A stretch of DNA of 64,000 nt from a virus: IMG/VR virus record IMGVR_UViG_3300037258_000375, positions 1-64,000 of that record; one strand, given 5' to 3'. Of this stretch, positions 9,715-19,332 are shown one piece after another. Position numbers and translations under genes: made by a program. How positions within the stretch are numbered: position 1 is the first letter of the stretch; each line of letters begins with the position of its first letter. The notes under the pieces are model-generated. The model was not told the DNA's origin, did no database searches, and worked only from the letters and a program-made list of their open reading frames with translations.

Positions 9715-10521
9715 TTAGTGACCTTGCTCGTATCCTTCGTTGTGCAAGAAGCTCTCGCGCTGCGCGGCGGTTGGATCGTTTGGTCCGTCTCCGTACTTCT
9801 CCATGTACCGTCTAAGGAATTCGCGGTTCATCGGGTTCCGCGCGTTCGCCATTTGATGGTGGATATTGCCGCGAATCTGGCTCTTGATCGCTTCCTCTTT
9901 AGCTCCGCGCGTCTCGGCATATCTCTGATCTTCACTGCGTTCCTGCCGCCTCATTCTGTCGGACATGAACTCAGCTTCGTGCGTTGTTCCACATACAATT
10001 TTTTCGTGATGATCGGGAACGGGGTAGTTCTCCGGTAATCCCATCTTCAACTTACCGGTATCAGTGTCTCTCCAGTAGCAGACCTTCTTACTTAGCTGGG
10101 CGTTTCTTCTCGCGCCCTTGGGTCGTAAGTCTCCGGCTATGTCGGAAAGTTTCCCTGTAAGCGTTTGGTAGAGATAACTGACTCGGTTGCGCAATCCAGG
10201 ACCATGCATCGGGAACCATGAGGATGTCATCCAGTCGGTGGGCATCCAATGCGATACGTCCGCAAGGATGTTCTTCGTCTTTAGGAGCCACGTGCCATCG
10301 TAGCTGTACCAATTCCCATCGGAGAACCATGCAAGTTTCAATTCGTTCCCCGACCACACGATAGCTCTGTGCGTGCCCGAATCCGGCGTGTGCTTCGAGG
10401 CATCTCTCCAGGTTCTTTCCTTTTTCTTCGCAAGATCATGGGCCTTGCGATCCTCTTTCAACGCGGCTAGTTCTGCCTTGAGGAGTGAAATCCTTTCGGT
10501 CGTCATCGTTTCCAAGTTCAT
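9715..10521 (-). CDS. Hypothetical protein
   Basis: 268 aa, GGAG SD. Confidence 0.7.
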   Translation of the reverse strand: MNLETMTTERISLLKAELAALKEDRKAHDLAKKKERTWRDASKHTPDSGTHRAIVWSGNELKLAWFSDGNWYSYDGTWLLKTKNILADVSHWMPTDWMTSSWFPMHGPGLRNRVSYLYQTLTGKLSDIAGDLRPKGARRNAQLSKKVCYWRDTDTGKLKMGLPENYPVPDHHEKIVCGTTHEAEFMSDRMRRQERSEDQRYAETRGAKEEAIKSQIRGNIHHQMANARNPMNREFLRRYMEKYGDGPNDPTAAQRESFLHNEGYEQGH

Positions 10522-10552
10522 TTGTATTCTCCGAATTCATCGTGCTTCATTT

Positions 10553-13500
10553 TTAGTCCCATCCGCCTACGGAAATTTGCCCTGCTTGCCGAATTTTCGG
10601 TGAATCACCTTCTTTCGCTGGTCCAGCGTAGCGCTGTTGGGCTCGATCCGCAAGAACATCCAGGTCATGGGCGCAGAAAAATGATTGAGCAGCCGCGCGT
10701 ACCCGGTCGTCGAACTGTCCACTGCGGTGGACCATCTTCGATTTGCCCGCAGCCTGCCTGCGTTCGAGCGTCTTTAATTCCTCGATCTGCCATTTCGACT
10801 TCGGAATATACCATCCCCCGTTGACAGCTTCCACAAACCGAGTCATCAAGATCGGCACGCTCCAGGTGCTCGACCACCAACCTTCTTTGTGCCCGATTTC
10901 CTCTTTGATCTTCTTAGAGTCGAATCTCTTCGGCTTGTAGTGATGATGAAATCCCATCATTTTCAATTGATGCTGACATGTTTCGCCGGGTCGTCCGACT
11001 TGCTCAATCGCGTACATCACGCCGCGATTATCGGCTACAGCGCGCCCATAGTATGCACCGATGCAAGCAGCGAATGCGACTGCCTGTGCAGCGTTCAACC
11101 GGTTGGAGGTAAACTCCGCTACCTGCTCATCGAATCCGCCGTGGTAACGATTCTTGGCGAGCGAGAGCACTGTTCTTTCCTCGTCTTCCTTGCCAAGACC
11201 GTCCGCTGTGTCGATGCCGAGAGTGTATTTATTCCAGCGCTCGGGGTGCTCGTATACCAAGAGGCGATCCATGACGTTCTCTTCGCGATCTTCCGGCAGC
11301 CAGAGAAGCGGAATCATCTCCCACTGATATTCCCGTCCGCGATGCGAATACCAATTTACTCGCGTGATCGGCTTGTCCTCATCGATCTCTTCTTCCCTCG
11401 GATAAAAAGCCTCGTCGATATCATGGCCAGTGATCGCGAATGCCTCGACCGGCGACCGTCTGACTTTTGTTTCTTCACCGGTTTTTCGGCTCACACGGAT
11501 TTCGTAGATGTTTCGTTCAAGCTCGTCGATGATCTCCGGCGAGAAGATCGAGTCATGCTTGCCGGTGAGAGCCTCGAAGTCATCGGCGGGCATCTGTGCC
11601 ATCCAGATTTTCTGTGTGTGGTTATTCACCGCTTGCCGATAGTTGAACTCCCAAAACCATTGCTGCTCGATGGGCATTGTCCAACTTCCACCGAACACTC
11701 TTTTTAGATAGTCTGTGTTCCGCACGAAGGTTTCGCACCGCAGTACGTGCTTGCGTGTTGCATCGAGACGGTCGGCCATGAAGCTACCGGGGATTGGATA
11801 CTTTCTGACCCAGTCTTCTTCTGGATAGAGATCGGTCGCTGTGAACCATGGCAGGAAGATGGGCCGGAGCCGATGCTGGCCCTTCGGATAATCTCTCTTC
11901 GCGTTGCGCCATGTATCCGCGAGCCAACCTGTGTTTCCGCCGCCCGTTCCTTCAAGCACGAGAAATAGATTACGCGAGGAATGCGTAGCGCGAAGCAAGC
12001 CTTCTTCGATGACTTTCTCCGGCTTCGGAATGTCGGCCAACTCGGAGATGTGAATCGCGGTCGGTGTCCATCCCTGGGCGATGCCGGTGGCCTGCATACC
12101 AGACTGAATCGAGAGGACGGAACCGTTATCAAACTTGCCCTTGGGCAGACGGCGAGGAATCAGCCACCAGGGCGAATGGCTATAGGTGATGTCAAGGATT
12201 CTTCCGATCAGTTCGGACTTATCCGCCTGTACCGAGGCCATAACTGCCTGTGTGTGCGGGACGAACATGAGGCGATGCATGAACTTCAGAGCGGTCTTGG
12301 TCGTGATCCCGACTTGGCGACCCTTCATGCAATTGTGAGAAACAAAGCCTTCGGCAATAAAAGTTCTTGCCGTAGTTTGAATATCAATCATGCGCTGTTT
12401 TGGTAGAAGTTCTATTTTGATTACATGCGCCCAACCAATGCCGCTCTTCTTTCCTGGGAGGCACTTACCTTCCCACCAGCGTTTGTCGATAAATCTAACT
12501 GGTCTCGTCTGACCAATGAGACGAAATACTTCATCCATTCTGCTGATGTGTAACCGCCCAACATCCTTTGATCCCAATTTTCCTTTGCCGTCTTTCGATG
12601 ACTCTCTTCTGTCCGCAGTTTCGTTGAAGTTATAACCGGCGAGAGTAAGGTACTGATGTGCGGCATCATAAACAACGTTGAATGTTTGAGTGATGCTAAT
12701 TTCAGCACCATATTTATTTGCATCGAGAGAACCTTCTCCATCAATGATACCGCCAGCCCATGCATCGGCATTTGTCGGCTCAGACCATGGCCGAGTAATA
12801 TAGCGAACTTGATCGCCAAGTTTAATATCTTCCGTTTTTTGCCATATTGGATCAACGCCACCTCGCTGTCGGCAGAGGAATTGATGCTCTCGGGAGGAAA
12901 CGAGAGTTCGTCCGTCGTCGAAAGTGATACGAACAGCCTCGCGTTCTGAGTACCATTTCGCTTCAATACGAGCCGTTCGCATCTTCCGCTCTTTTACGGT
13001 ATGACACTTGGCTCTTCCTCTATGAATTCCTTGACGGTACTCACGTTGACGAGCAGCGAATAGTGCTCGTCTCTCATCGATTGTTCGACCTTCATCTACG
13101 GCTACGACTTCTTCGCCAACCTGAAGATCGTCTATGCGCCTCCAGCGTAAATCAGCGGTGAGAACTTTGGTCTCTGGATCGAGACAGAGCATCTCAATCG
13201 ATACTTGTCTCTCATCGAACTCGGCAACGATTGAGTCGAACACCTCTTGCGACTTGCGATTGTGGAACTTGGAAATGCGGCCTTGCTCGTCGCATACGTA
13301 CGCATAACGGCTTTCGAAGTATCCGTTGTCTACGGCGCACAGAGCTTGTTCGTTCTCAATCCAGCGCCTGATCTCCTTGCCTAGGCGCTCGCTGAGCGGT
13401 CGCTTAAGCTCTACGGTCGCGGTGCGGCTGTTGCTTTCAATATCTACGAGACTCTCGATTGTTGCCTTGAATTCATCGACCTCCGCCACTGTATGAGGAG

Positions 13501-13567
13501 TCGGCATCCAACCGTGCTTGGCTGCGAATTCATCGAGATTGGAGAGAATAATCCTTTGAGAATAGAT
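10553..13567 (-). CDS. terL: Terminase large subunit with intein (ORF-track start 13507; probable non-canonical ATC start at 13567)
   Basis: Spliced Walker A KGRQVGITT, Walker B IHISE, coupling motif LEGT, nuclease LGIDTADG and DDRVRAA. Confidence 0.9.
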   Translation of the reverse strand: MYSQRIILSNLDEFAAKHGWMPTPHTVAEVDEFKATIESLVDIESNSRTATVELKRPLSERLGKEIRRWIENEQALCAVDNGYFESRYAYVCDEQGRISKFHNRKSQEVFDSIVAEFDERQVSIEMLCLDPETKVLTADLRWRRIDDLQVGEEVVAVDEGRTIDERRALFAARQREYRQGIHRGRAKCHTVKERKMRTARIEAKWYSEREAVRITFDDGRTLVSSREHQFLCRQRGGVDPIWQKTEDIKLGDQVRYITRPWSEPTNADAWAGGIIDGEGSLDANKYGAEISITQTFNVVYDAAHQYLTLAGYNFNETADRRESSKDGKGKLGSKDVGRLHISRMDEVFRLIGQTRPVRFIDKRWWEGKCLPGKKSGIGWAHVIKIELLPKQRMIDIQTTARTFIAEGFVSHNCMKGRQVGITTKTALKFMHRLMFVPHTQAVMASVQADKSELIGRILDITYSHSPWWLIPRRLPKGKFDNGSVLSIQSGMQATGIAQGWTPTAIHISELADIPKPEKVIEEGLLRATHSSRNLFLVLEGTGGGNTGWLADTWRNAKRDYPKGQHRLRPIFLPWFTATDLYPEEDWVRKYPIPGSFMADRLDATRKHVLRCETFVRNTDYLKRVFGGSWTMPIEQQWFWEFNYRQAVNNHTQKIWMAQMPADDFEALTGKHDSIFSPEIIDELERNIYEIRVSRKTGEETKVRRSPVEAFAITGHDIDEAFYPREEEIDEDKPITRVNWYSHRGREYQWEMIPLLWLPEDREENVMDRLLVYEHPERWNKYTLGIDTADGLGKEDEERTVLSLAKNRYHGGFDEQVAEFTSNRLNAAQAVAFAACIGAYYGRAVADNRGVMYAIEQVGRPGETCQHQLKMMGFHHHYKPKRFDSKKIKEEIGHKEGWWSSTWSVPILMTRFVEAVNGGWYIPKSKWQIEELKTLERRQAAGKSKMVHRSGQFDDRVRAAAQSFFCAHDLDVLADRAQQRYAGPAKEGDSPKIRQAGQISVGGWD
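12332..13186 (-). mobile_element. Intein with LAGLIDADG homing endonuclease (285 aa) in terL
   Basis: N-terminus CLDPETKVLTAD, C-terminus FIAEGFVSHN followed by +1 Cys; internal WAGGIIDGEGS; TFDDGRTLVSSREHQF block B. Confidence 0.92.
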
Positions 13568-13662
13568 CGCTGCCTCCTCAGCCAGCTTTCATCATGAGCA
13601 GGTACCAATGAGCGAGCTGGCGCGAGACAGTGCTCTCCTTGATATCCTCACACGCGATTGAT

Positions 13663-14388
13663 CTATTTCGTTTCATTGCTATTTTCCAAAAGCCTTTGCC
13701 GGATGGGCACAAGCTTATTTTGCATCGTGGTTGCCGATGGGAAGATGTTATCCAAGTTCTCTTCCATCGCGAAGGTTGGCGCTTTCTCTCCGTCGTTTTC
13801 CTCATCGGCAACGGTCGTTGAAGCGCCACCGAAGATTGCTTTGCCGATGAATGTCGGGCCTTTCGGTGAAGGCAGGAATCCAAGCCCCTGGTGGAAGGTG
13901 GCGCGATCTCGTTCACCGGCTGGCATGACCGCGTACTTGGCCGTGGCTTTCATCACGCCTGGGTAGTGACTCAGCGCGATGAACTTCACCTGATTCACAG
14001 CGGTCGATTGCATCGCGAAGAGAGTTGCTCCCAGGAAGTTGTTCGCGTCGATCTTTGCCGCGATCACAATCGCTTCCCACGGAATCCTCTCGCGATCTCC
14101 TTCCGGAATACCATCGTAGACCTTCAGGAATGCCGCGATGGTTTCATCGTCCGACGCGAAGCGCATGGCGCGCAACGCACCTTTGAGACCACCTCGGACA
14201 CTGGATCGAATGAAGGTTGTGATTGGCGGGCAACTGCTAAGTTGTTCCGGCTTGACTTGCAGCCGTTTCACCGCATCGTTGATCCTATCCCGCTTGTCCG
14301 CCTGTGTGGGAACGGGGAGGCTGCTCTGGTTTTTCTTCCGGGTGATCTTTGAGCCACTCTCGTTCTCGGATGCCGACGACTGGCTCAT
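13663..14388 (-). CDS. Hypothetical protein, terminase small subunit candidate by position (ORF-track start 14556)
   Basis: Lies upstream of terL; no recognised motif. Confidence 0.5.
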   Translation of the reverse strand: MSQSSASENESGSKITRKKNQSSLPVPTQADKRDRINDAVKRLQVKPEQLSSCPPITTFIRSSVRGGLKGALRAMRFASDDETIAAFLKVYDGIPEGDRERIPWEAIVIAAKIDANNFLGATLFAMQSTAVNQVKFIALSHYPGVMKATAKYAVMPAGERDRATFHQGLGFLPSPKGPTFIGKAIFGGASTTVADEENDGEKAPTFAMEENLDNIFPSATTMQNKLVPIRQRLLENSNETK

Positions 14389-14638
14389 CGTCTTCGTCGA
14401 GGTCGGAGGCCCACTGTCGAATTGGCCGCGTATCGGTTGCACCTTGGTCTTCGCGGGCTTTATCGGCTGCGTTAGGAACTCTGGACAGGACCCCGTCGCG
14501 CACTGGTCCGGCTTTTTCGGGCCAGACCCGGTTGGAGACCCTTTTGGCTTCTTCATAAATTCCCTTTGCGGCTGTTCCTAGCGAATCCAAGAAGGTCACG
14601 ACTGCGGTGACGAGTTGTTCGCCCTGTTCTTCGGTCAC
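14285..14638 (-). CDS. Hypothetical protein
   Basis: GTG start overlapping the upstream TGA, GGAG SD. Confidence 0.6.
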   Translation of the reverse strand: MTEEQGEQLVTAVVTFLDSLGTAAKGIYEEAKRVSNRVWPEKAGPVRDGVLSRVPNAADKAREDQGATDTRPIRQWASDLDEDDEPVVGIREREWLKDHPEEKPEQPPRSHTGGQAG

Positions 14639-14940
14639 TGGATCGTCTCCGTTAGAGCTTCTTTCGACCCGGTCCAGGTGGTCAGTTGATGATTGTTCTC
14701 CCGGAGCCACTGTTCAATCGGAGCTTCTGGCTGGGCCGCGAGTTTCGCTTTAGCAAGAGTCGGGTCCTTGCAATCGCGATGCTCCAACTCATAATACTCC
14801 GCGAGGAAGCCAAACCGCTTGAAGCGCACCTGTTTCCACTTGTGGTGCCTGCCTATGATCTGATGACAAGCGCGACAGACCCGATGAGTCTTTCCCTTGT
14901 CGCTTCTCATCCCGATGCGCCCCAACCAGCCTCTAGCCAT
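14635..14940 (-). CDS. Hypothetical Zn-finger-like protein
   Basis: CRAC...HRDC. Confidence 0.6.
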   Translation of the reverse strand: MARGWLGRIGMRSDKGKTHRVCRACHQIIGRHHKWKQVRFKRFGFLAEYYELEHRDCKDPTLAKAKLAAQPEAPIEQWLRENNHQLTTWTGSKEALTETIQ

Positions 14941-14942
14941 GC

Positions 14943-15410
14943 TTACTCTCCGAATGTATCCGATCCAGCCCCGCCGCCCGCCACGCGCGTCTTGCTCGCT
15001 CCGTACCTGCGCGGCTGCGCGCCCTTTGTGATGTCGGCTGGCTTATCCCGATCCTTGGACTCAACGTCGGGAGGGTCTTGATCGCTGCGCCTGCGGACAG
15101 CCTGCAAATCCGGCTCATGGGCGACCTTAACCTCGGTCTCCATATCGGTGATCTTGGCAACGCCCTCGGTCAATTGCTCCGGCTTCTTGCCGACCGTGAG
15201 CCCGGTAAGTTCGACGTCGGCTTGGTCGATTCCATAGCAGTGAATCTTGATGCTCGGAATCTCCGCGCTGTAACCGTTCACGTACGAGTCCGAAGATCGG
15301 AGATTGCAATCGCGCCGCAGTTTGAAAGCGATTTGTTCGCAGAGATCAATGATGATTTCCTCGCCGCTTAGGCCGGGAATATCAACAACTTCTTCGGTAT
15401 CCAATGGCAT
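14943..15410 (-). CDS. Hypothetical protein
   Basis: ATG after GGGAGA SD. Confidence 0.65.
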   Translation of the reverse strand: MPLDTEEVVDIPGLSGEEIIIDLCEQIAFKLRRDCNLRSSDSYVNGYSAEIPSIKIHCYGIDQADVELTGLTVGKKPEQLTEGVAKITDMETEVKVAHEPDLQAVRRRSDQDPPDVESKDRDKPADITKGAQPRRYGASKTRVAGGGAGSDTFGE

Positions 15411-15442
15411 ACTATTCTCCCTTGTGAAATTGACGTGTCGCG

Positions 15443-15685
15443 TTAGGAAGCGTTGAGGAGTTGAGCTTGTCCGTATCTCTTGAGAAGCGCTTCCCATTTG
15501 CGCAATGTCGGCGGCGTCGGTGTGACTTTCCCGGCCTTCATCATTTGAACCGTTCTGCGAGACAGGCCGAGAATGTCGGCCAGCTTGTCGTCGGTGAAGC
15601 GGTTGTCAATCATAAACTGCTTCATGATCGCGGCCCGAGCCGCCCGCTCATCGTAATCTTCGGCGGTTGGCTTCCTCCTTGCCAT
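15443..15685 (-). CDS. XRE/Cro-family HTH transcriptional regulator
   Basis: FTDDKLADILGLSRRTVQMMKAGKVTP. Confidence 0.8.
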   Translation of the reverse strand: MARRKPTAEDYDERAARAAIMKQFMIDNRFTDDKLADILGLSRRTVQMMKAGKVTPTPPTLRKWEALLKRYGQAQLLNAS

Positions 15686-15860
15686 CGCTGTCCCTCCCCA
15701 TTCTAATCTCGATTTGATTTGGTTTTTCCAGGCGGGGATTCTTCCAAACGTCCTGTGTGTAGGGGCAAAACAAGCTATGCACTCCCGGCGTCAAAAACGT
15801 CGCACATGTTCGTCTGCAAGAGGCGTCCTTCTCCGGAGTTCTATTGACCAAACGATTTTC

Positions 15861-15900
15861 CCTCTGCGCCATAAGATACGCCGATTCTGCGCACTGTCAA
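15861..15900 (-). promoter_or_regulatory. Promoter overlapped by two GCGCAGA motifs
   Basis: TTGACA-GTGCGCAGAATCGGCG-TATCTT-ATGGCGCAGAG. Confidence 0.6.
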
Positions 15901-16106
15901 GCAAGTTTCGATGCCGCCGCCTTTGCTTTCCTCGCGCGGTCTTGTTGAAGGCGACGGCGAGAATCCAAACAGAACAGGCAGAGCGTGTGCTCCTTGCGAG
16001 CGGGATTGTTGCCACAATCCTGACAGAGGCCGATGCTTTTAAGCCTTTTCTTGCGGCGTTTCAAACAGTCAATGATCTGTGCGCGTCGCTCTTCTGAGGT
16101 TTGCAT
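15897..16106 (-). CDS. Small Zn-finger protein
   Basis: GLCQDCG...TLCLFC. Confidence 0.65.
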   Translation of the reverse strand: MQTSEERRAQIIDCLKRRKKRLKSIGLCQDCGNNPARKEHTLCLFCLDSRRRLQQDRARKAKAAASKLA

Positions 16107-16399
16107 GGTTCTCTACCGATAGGTACCCGCCTGTTGCCCTTTCCGATAAACGTTGCGATCTTCAGCTTCGCGAGGCCCTCTTGCATCGTCTTGCTGACGA
16201 TGACAGGCACTGTGAATTCGTGCGGAACCGCGTTGTACATGTAGATCGCATCGATGGGATGCTCTCGTGCCGTACGCCGTGCTTGCATCATGTCTTGGGC
16301 ACCGATGACTCGGTACCTATTCACAGATAACGCAAACATAAGACACGAGAGCCGGGATGGATTGTCTTCAATTACGAGTATCAACTTTTTGGGATGCAT
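16061..16399 (-). CDS. Response-regulator receiver-like protein (degenerate)
   Basis: [10 protein letters not shown]...YRVIGA...PIDAI; phospho-Asp not evident. Confidence 0.6.
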   Translation of the reverse strand: MHPKKLILVIEDNPSRLSCLMFALSVNRYRVIGAQDMMQARRTAREHPIDAIYMYNAVPHEFTVPVIVSKTMQEGLAKLKIATFIGKGNRRVPIGREPCKPQKSDAHRSLTV

Positions 16400-16625
16400 C
16401 TTTTGCCCCCGCTTTCTGGTCCCGGTCCAAAACGCGGACTTCAGCGGCTTGCGGACCTTTCTGACCGGCAACGATGTCGAACTCGACCGCATCGCCTTCG
16501 TTGAGGCTTTTGTAGCCTCCACTATTGATCGCCGAGTAGTGGACGAAAACATCGGGACCATCGGACCGTTTGATGAATCCGAAACCTTTTGCGTTGTTGA
16601 ACCAGCTTACTTCACCTGTGTGCAT
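16368..16625 (-). CDS. cspA: Cold-shock protein
   Basis: [15 protein letters not shown] (RNP1), DVFVHYSAI (RNP2), KGPQAAEV. Confidence 0.95.
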   Translation of the reverse strand: MHTGEVSWFNNAKGFGFIKRSDGPDVFVHYSAINSGGYKSLNEGDAVEFDIVAGQKGPQAAEVRVLDRDQKAGAKDASQKVDTRN

Positions 16626-16645
16626 CGTTGACTATCCTTTCTCGT

Positions 16646-17236
16646 TCATTTTTTTGGTTCTGAAGATGCCGGAGGATTGACGGTCCACTTACCGGTCGAG
16701 ATATCGTATCTGGAGTTATCCGGCCAATCATTTTCTTGCTTGACGATGGAAATCAAGCCATCGATCTCGGCCTTTTCCGCGTCCACTTGATGGACCATCG
16801 AACCGGCGCTCTGAGTGAATTGCCTTTGCATTTGCCCAAGTAGCGTCGATTTTTGGCTATTCAACTGGTCAATGCGATCCACCAAAGGCTTGAGCTTCTT
16901 GTCTTGCATCTCTTTATCGTGAAGCTCTTTCTGCGTCTGTGCGATTTGATCGTTGATCGCCCTCGATTGTTGAACAAACTGAAAGCGTACTTGCTCAACT
17001 TCGTTATTCACTACTCTAGTTTCGTCGGTGAATTTTTTCGATAGCTCCTTGAGGCGTCTCGCGGCGGGCGTGTCTTTGGTTGTCATCGAATCTGACTTCG
17101 GAGCTAATGACTCATCGCTCTTCACGGCTCCAGAAGCCGGATTGTTGGATGTCATCGAGACAGGAGTCTGCGCCACAGCCGCGCAAATTGCGACCATAAG
17201 AGCGACAACGGAAAGAATGCGCGCTACAGAAATCAT
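16646..17236 (-). CDS. Secreted/periplasmic coiled-coil protein
   Basis: Signal peptide (..AICAAVA|Q) followed by a long Q/K-rich helix. Confidence 0.6.
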   Translation of the reverse strand: MISVARILSVVALMVAICAAVAQTPVSMTSNNPASGAVKSDESLAPKSDSMTTKDTPAARRLKELSKKFTDETRVVNNEVEQVRFQFVQQSRAINDQIAQTQKELHDKEMQDKKLKPLVDRIDQLNSQKSTLLGQMQRQFTQSAGSMVHQVDAEKAEIDGLISIVKQENDWPDNSRYDISTGKWTVNPPASSEPKK

Positions 17237-17255
17237 TGGATACTCTCCTACTTAT

Positions 17256-17507
17256 TCAATGTCGTGCAGTCCAGTTCCTCGGTACTTGGAGATTAACACG
17301 ATTCATTATCCGGCTCAGCGTATTTCTATGTACGCCCTCACGCGCTGCCGCAGCAGATCGATTGTTACCTGTCCTTGCCAATAAAGCCCTGATCCATTCC
17401 TTACGGAATATATCGAGACCCTCATGCAGACTTATGCCATCTAGTTGGCAGGCTGCAATAGCGCGCTCTACAAGTTCCTTTGTAGTTGCATTCGGATATT
17501 TGTTCAT
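17256..17507 (-). CDS. Fis-family HTH protein
   Basis: FRKEWIRALLARTGNNRSAAAAREGVHRNTLSR. Confidence 0.85.
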   Translation of the reverse strand: MNKYPNATTKELVERAIAACQLDGISLHEGLDIFRKEWIRALLARTGNNRSAAAAREGVHRNTLSRIMNRVNLQVPRNWTARH

Positions 17508-17788
17508 GGTTCTACCTCCAGTTTGCCCTCCGCTTCCGCGATGGCCGCGTGGGCGTCGATGATTTCTTTCATATCGCGACCATCCTCCGATCCCGGAGGG
17601 CAACACGCGTTGAGAAGATTTTTGAGCGCCACCAGCAGATGTGGAGACGCCGCAATCAGCCTTCCGTTTGCAATGAGGGCTGTCGGCATCCCCCACTTCA
17701 GGACCTTGGCGATGGGAATCCTCGTCTCTGTGCAGACTTGCTGGTTTTTCAATTCGAAGAACCACGGTGGCGGACTAGGAGAAGACAT
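17504..17788 (-). CDS. Hypothetical phage protein
   Basis: ANGRLIAASPHLLVALK motif common in phage early proteins. Confidence 0.7.
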   Translation of the reverse strand: MSSPSPPPWFFELKNQQVCTETRIPIAKVLKWGMPTALIANGRLIAASPHLLVALKNLLNACCPPGSEDGRDMKEIIDAHAAIAEAEGKLEVEP

Positions 17789-17812
17789 GTGCTGCGAGTC
17801 CCTTTCTCTGTC

Positions 17813-18100
17813 TTATTCGACGTACCGTTCATTTGCCTGAGCTTTTGCGGGCTCAGCAGGTTTGCGCTTCATACGCACGAGCATTCCATACATCCGGATA
17901 AACTCAACCGAAAGCGTGCGCGCTTCGTCTGGTAGAACTCCTTCCCAAGCGAATTCAAACTCCTCATCACCATCGCTCGCGAGTTGAAATACGCAGATCA
18001 TCGGCAAGTCATGCTCATTGCATATCGCGGTGATCTGTTTGACGAGAGGAGCGATCTTCTCGTCGTACATTTGCTCGCGGTTATAGGCTGGGAGTCTCAT
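17813..18100 (-). CDS. Hypothetical protein
   Basis: REQMYDEKIAPLVKQITAICNEHDLPM. Confidence 0.65.
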   Translation of the reverse strand: MRLPAYNREQMYDEKIAPLVKQITAICNEHDLPMICVFQLASDGDEEFEFAWEGVLPDEARTLSVEFIRMYGMLVRMKRKPAEPAKAQANERYVE

Positions 18101-18554
18101 TCGGTCCCTCTGCGTCTGTCGCTGGCCGTAATTCGGAAAGGCTTGCAAGAGCCCGGACATACCAGATGCCCTGGATATCAGCATCCGTGATCTGCTTCAA
18201 ATCATCTGGAGTCTGAAGTACGTTCCACCATGATTCGAGGCCCCATACGACACGATTCAAATCCGGGACCCACAATCCCGGATTCCTCCGCTGCATGATA
18301 ATCAGCTTGTTTGTCTTCGTATCGAAATATGGTGCAGCTTCGATCAGAAGGTCGCCGAGATAGACGCCAAGATAGGTGTTGGTATCGCTCGCCGGTCGCA
18401 CGGAGCACCACTTTCCAACTCCACGATCTCCGGCGACAACATGTGTCGATCCGATGCCCTCTATCGTCAGCGGAAATTCCATTTCGTCAACACTGCGATA
18501 GCGGTTCTCCGCTTCTTCGACTGCCTGTACGAGTTGTGTCAGTGGTGATTCCAT
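18081..18554 (-). CDS. Hypothetical protein
   Basis: 157 aa, AAGGA SD. Confidence 0.7.
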   Translation of the reverse strand: MESPLTQLVQAVEEAENRYRSVDEMEFPLTIEGIGSTHVVAGDRGVGKWCSVRPASDTNTYLGVYLGDLLIEAAPYFDTKTNKLIIMQRRNPGLWVPDLNRVVWGLESWWNVLQTPDDLKQITDADIQGIWYVRALASLSELRPATDAEGPNETPSL

Positions 18555-18569
18555 TTGTCGTTCCTTTCG

Positions 18570-18953
18570 TCAAACTTCCGTGGGTGGCTGCGGCATGGGC
18601 AACCAGTGAGTAATCTGGTGGACCGGAAGGAGCACGAACTCCGCCGTGTCGAAAGCGCCTTTCTTGCGTCTATCGGCGTGCGAAAAACGCGCTTTGACCC
18701 AGCGTTGATCGCCGCCGAGCACCTTCGGCCAAAATGCGAGAACTTCCTGGTCATGCGATGGCAAGGCTGTTTGAACGGAAATGGGAACCGGAATGGTGTG
18801 CTGGAGAACTTTGATCGCGGCAAGCACGTCCACCTCGCTGTGTTGGCACTTCAAAGCGAGGCATACCCGGTTGAAGAACTTGAACCACTCATGCAAGCTG
18901 CGTTCGTCTGCTTCAGATATGTGTTCCATTACTTCTCCGGTATTTCTCTCCAC
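18570..18953 (-). CDS. DUF551-like protein
   Basis: ISVQTALP...ITHWLPMPQPP. Confidence 0.6.
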   Translation of the reverse strand: MERNTGEVMEHISEADERSLHEWFKFFNRVCLALKCQHSEVDVLAAIKVLQHTIPVPISVQTALPSHDQEVLAFWPKVLGGDQRWVKARFSHADRRKKGAFDTAEFVLLPVHQITHWLPMPQPPTEV

Positions 18954-19132
18954 ACAGTAGACGACACTTCCAATCCACTCGCCTTATGAAGATCGGGATC
19001 GTCGGAAGTGTCCCATTGCACTACCATCCAAACTTGACCCTTACGATCTGTGACAGGACCAGCCAACAAGTCGCCTTCTTTCCCAGCATCCATCCATCCA
19101 GCTTTGATCCTCACTCTTGAGCCATCACTCAT
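18929..19132 (-). CDS. Hypothetical protein
   Basis: GSRVRI...VVQWD SH3-like pattern. Confidence 0.55.
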   Translation of the reverse strand: MSDGSRVRIKAGWMDAGKEGDLLAGPVTDRKGQVWMVVQWDTSDDPDLHKASGLEVSSTVWREIPEK

Positions 19133-19145
19133 GTCGAACCTGCTC

Positions 19146-19331
19146 TTAATTCGGTTTCTGAATCCGATATTCGGTCTCACTGAAGTCTTCTACTTCCCCT
19201 TCGAATCCACACCGGCATCGGATTACATCCGTCGTTTCGAAAAAAGGAATGACTCTGCGGCATCTCGGGCATTTATAAGGGACCCTCTCGCCTTTTTCGA
19301 GATAGATGCTGCCATCTTCCAAAGTCTTCAT
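19146..19331 (-). CDS. Small Zn-ribbon protein
   Basis: CPRC...CRCG. Confidence 0.55.
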   Translation of the reverse strand: MKTLEDGSIYLEKGERVPYKCPRCRRVIPFFETTDVIRCRCGFEGEVEDFSETEYRIQKPN

Positions 19332-19332
19332 G

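Noticed and set aside
10553-10570. Other near-terminal Gly-Gly motifs (TerL ...GGWD, 893..1240 ...GGQF, sigma ...GGKS)
   Set aside because: The GG is not terminal and the proteins are unrelated to the GG module.
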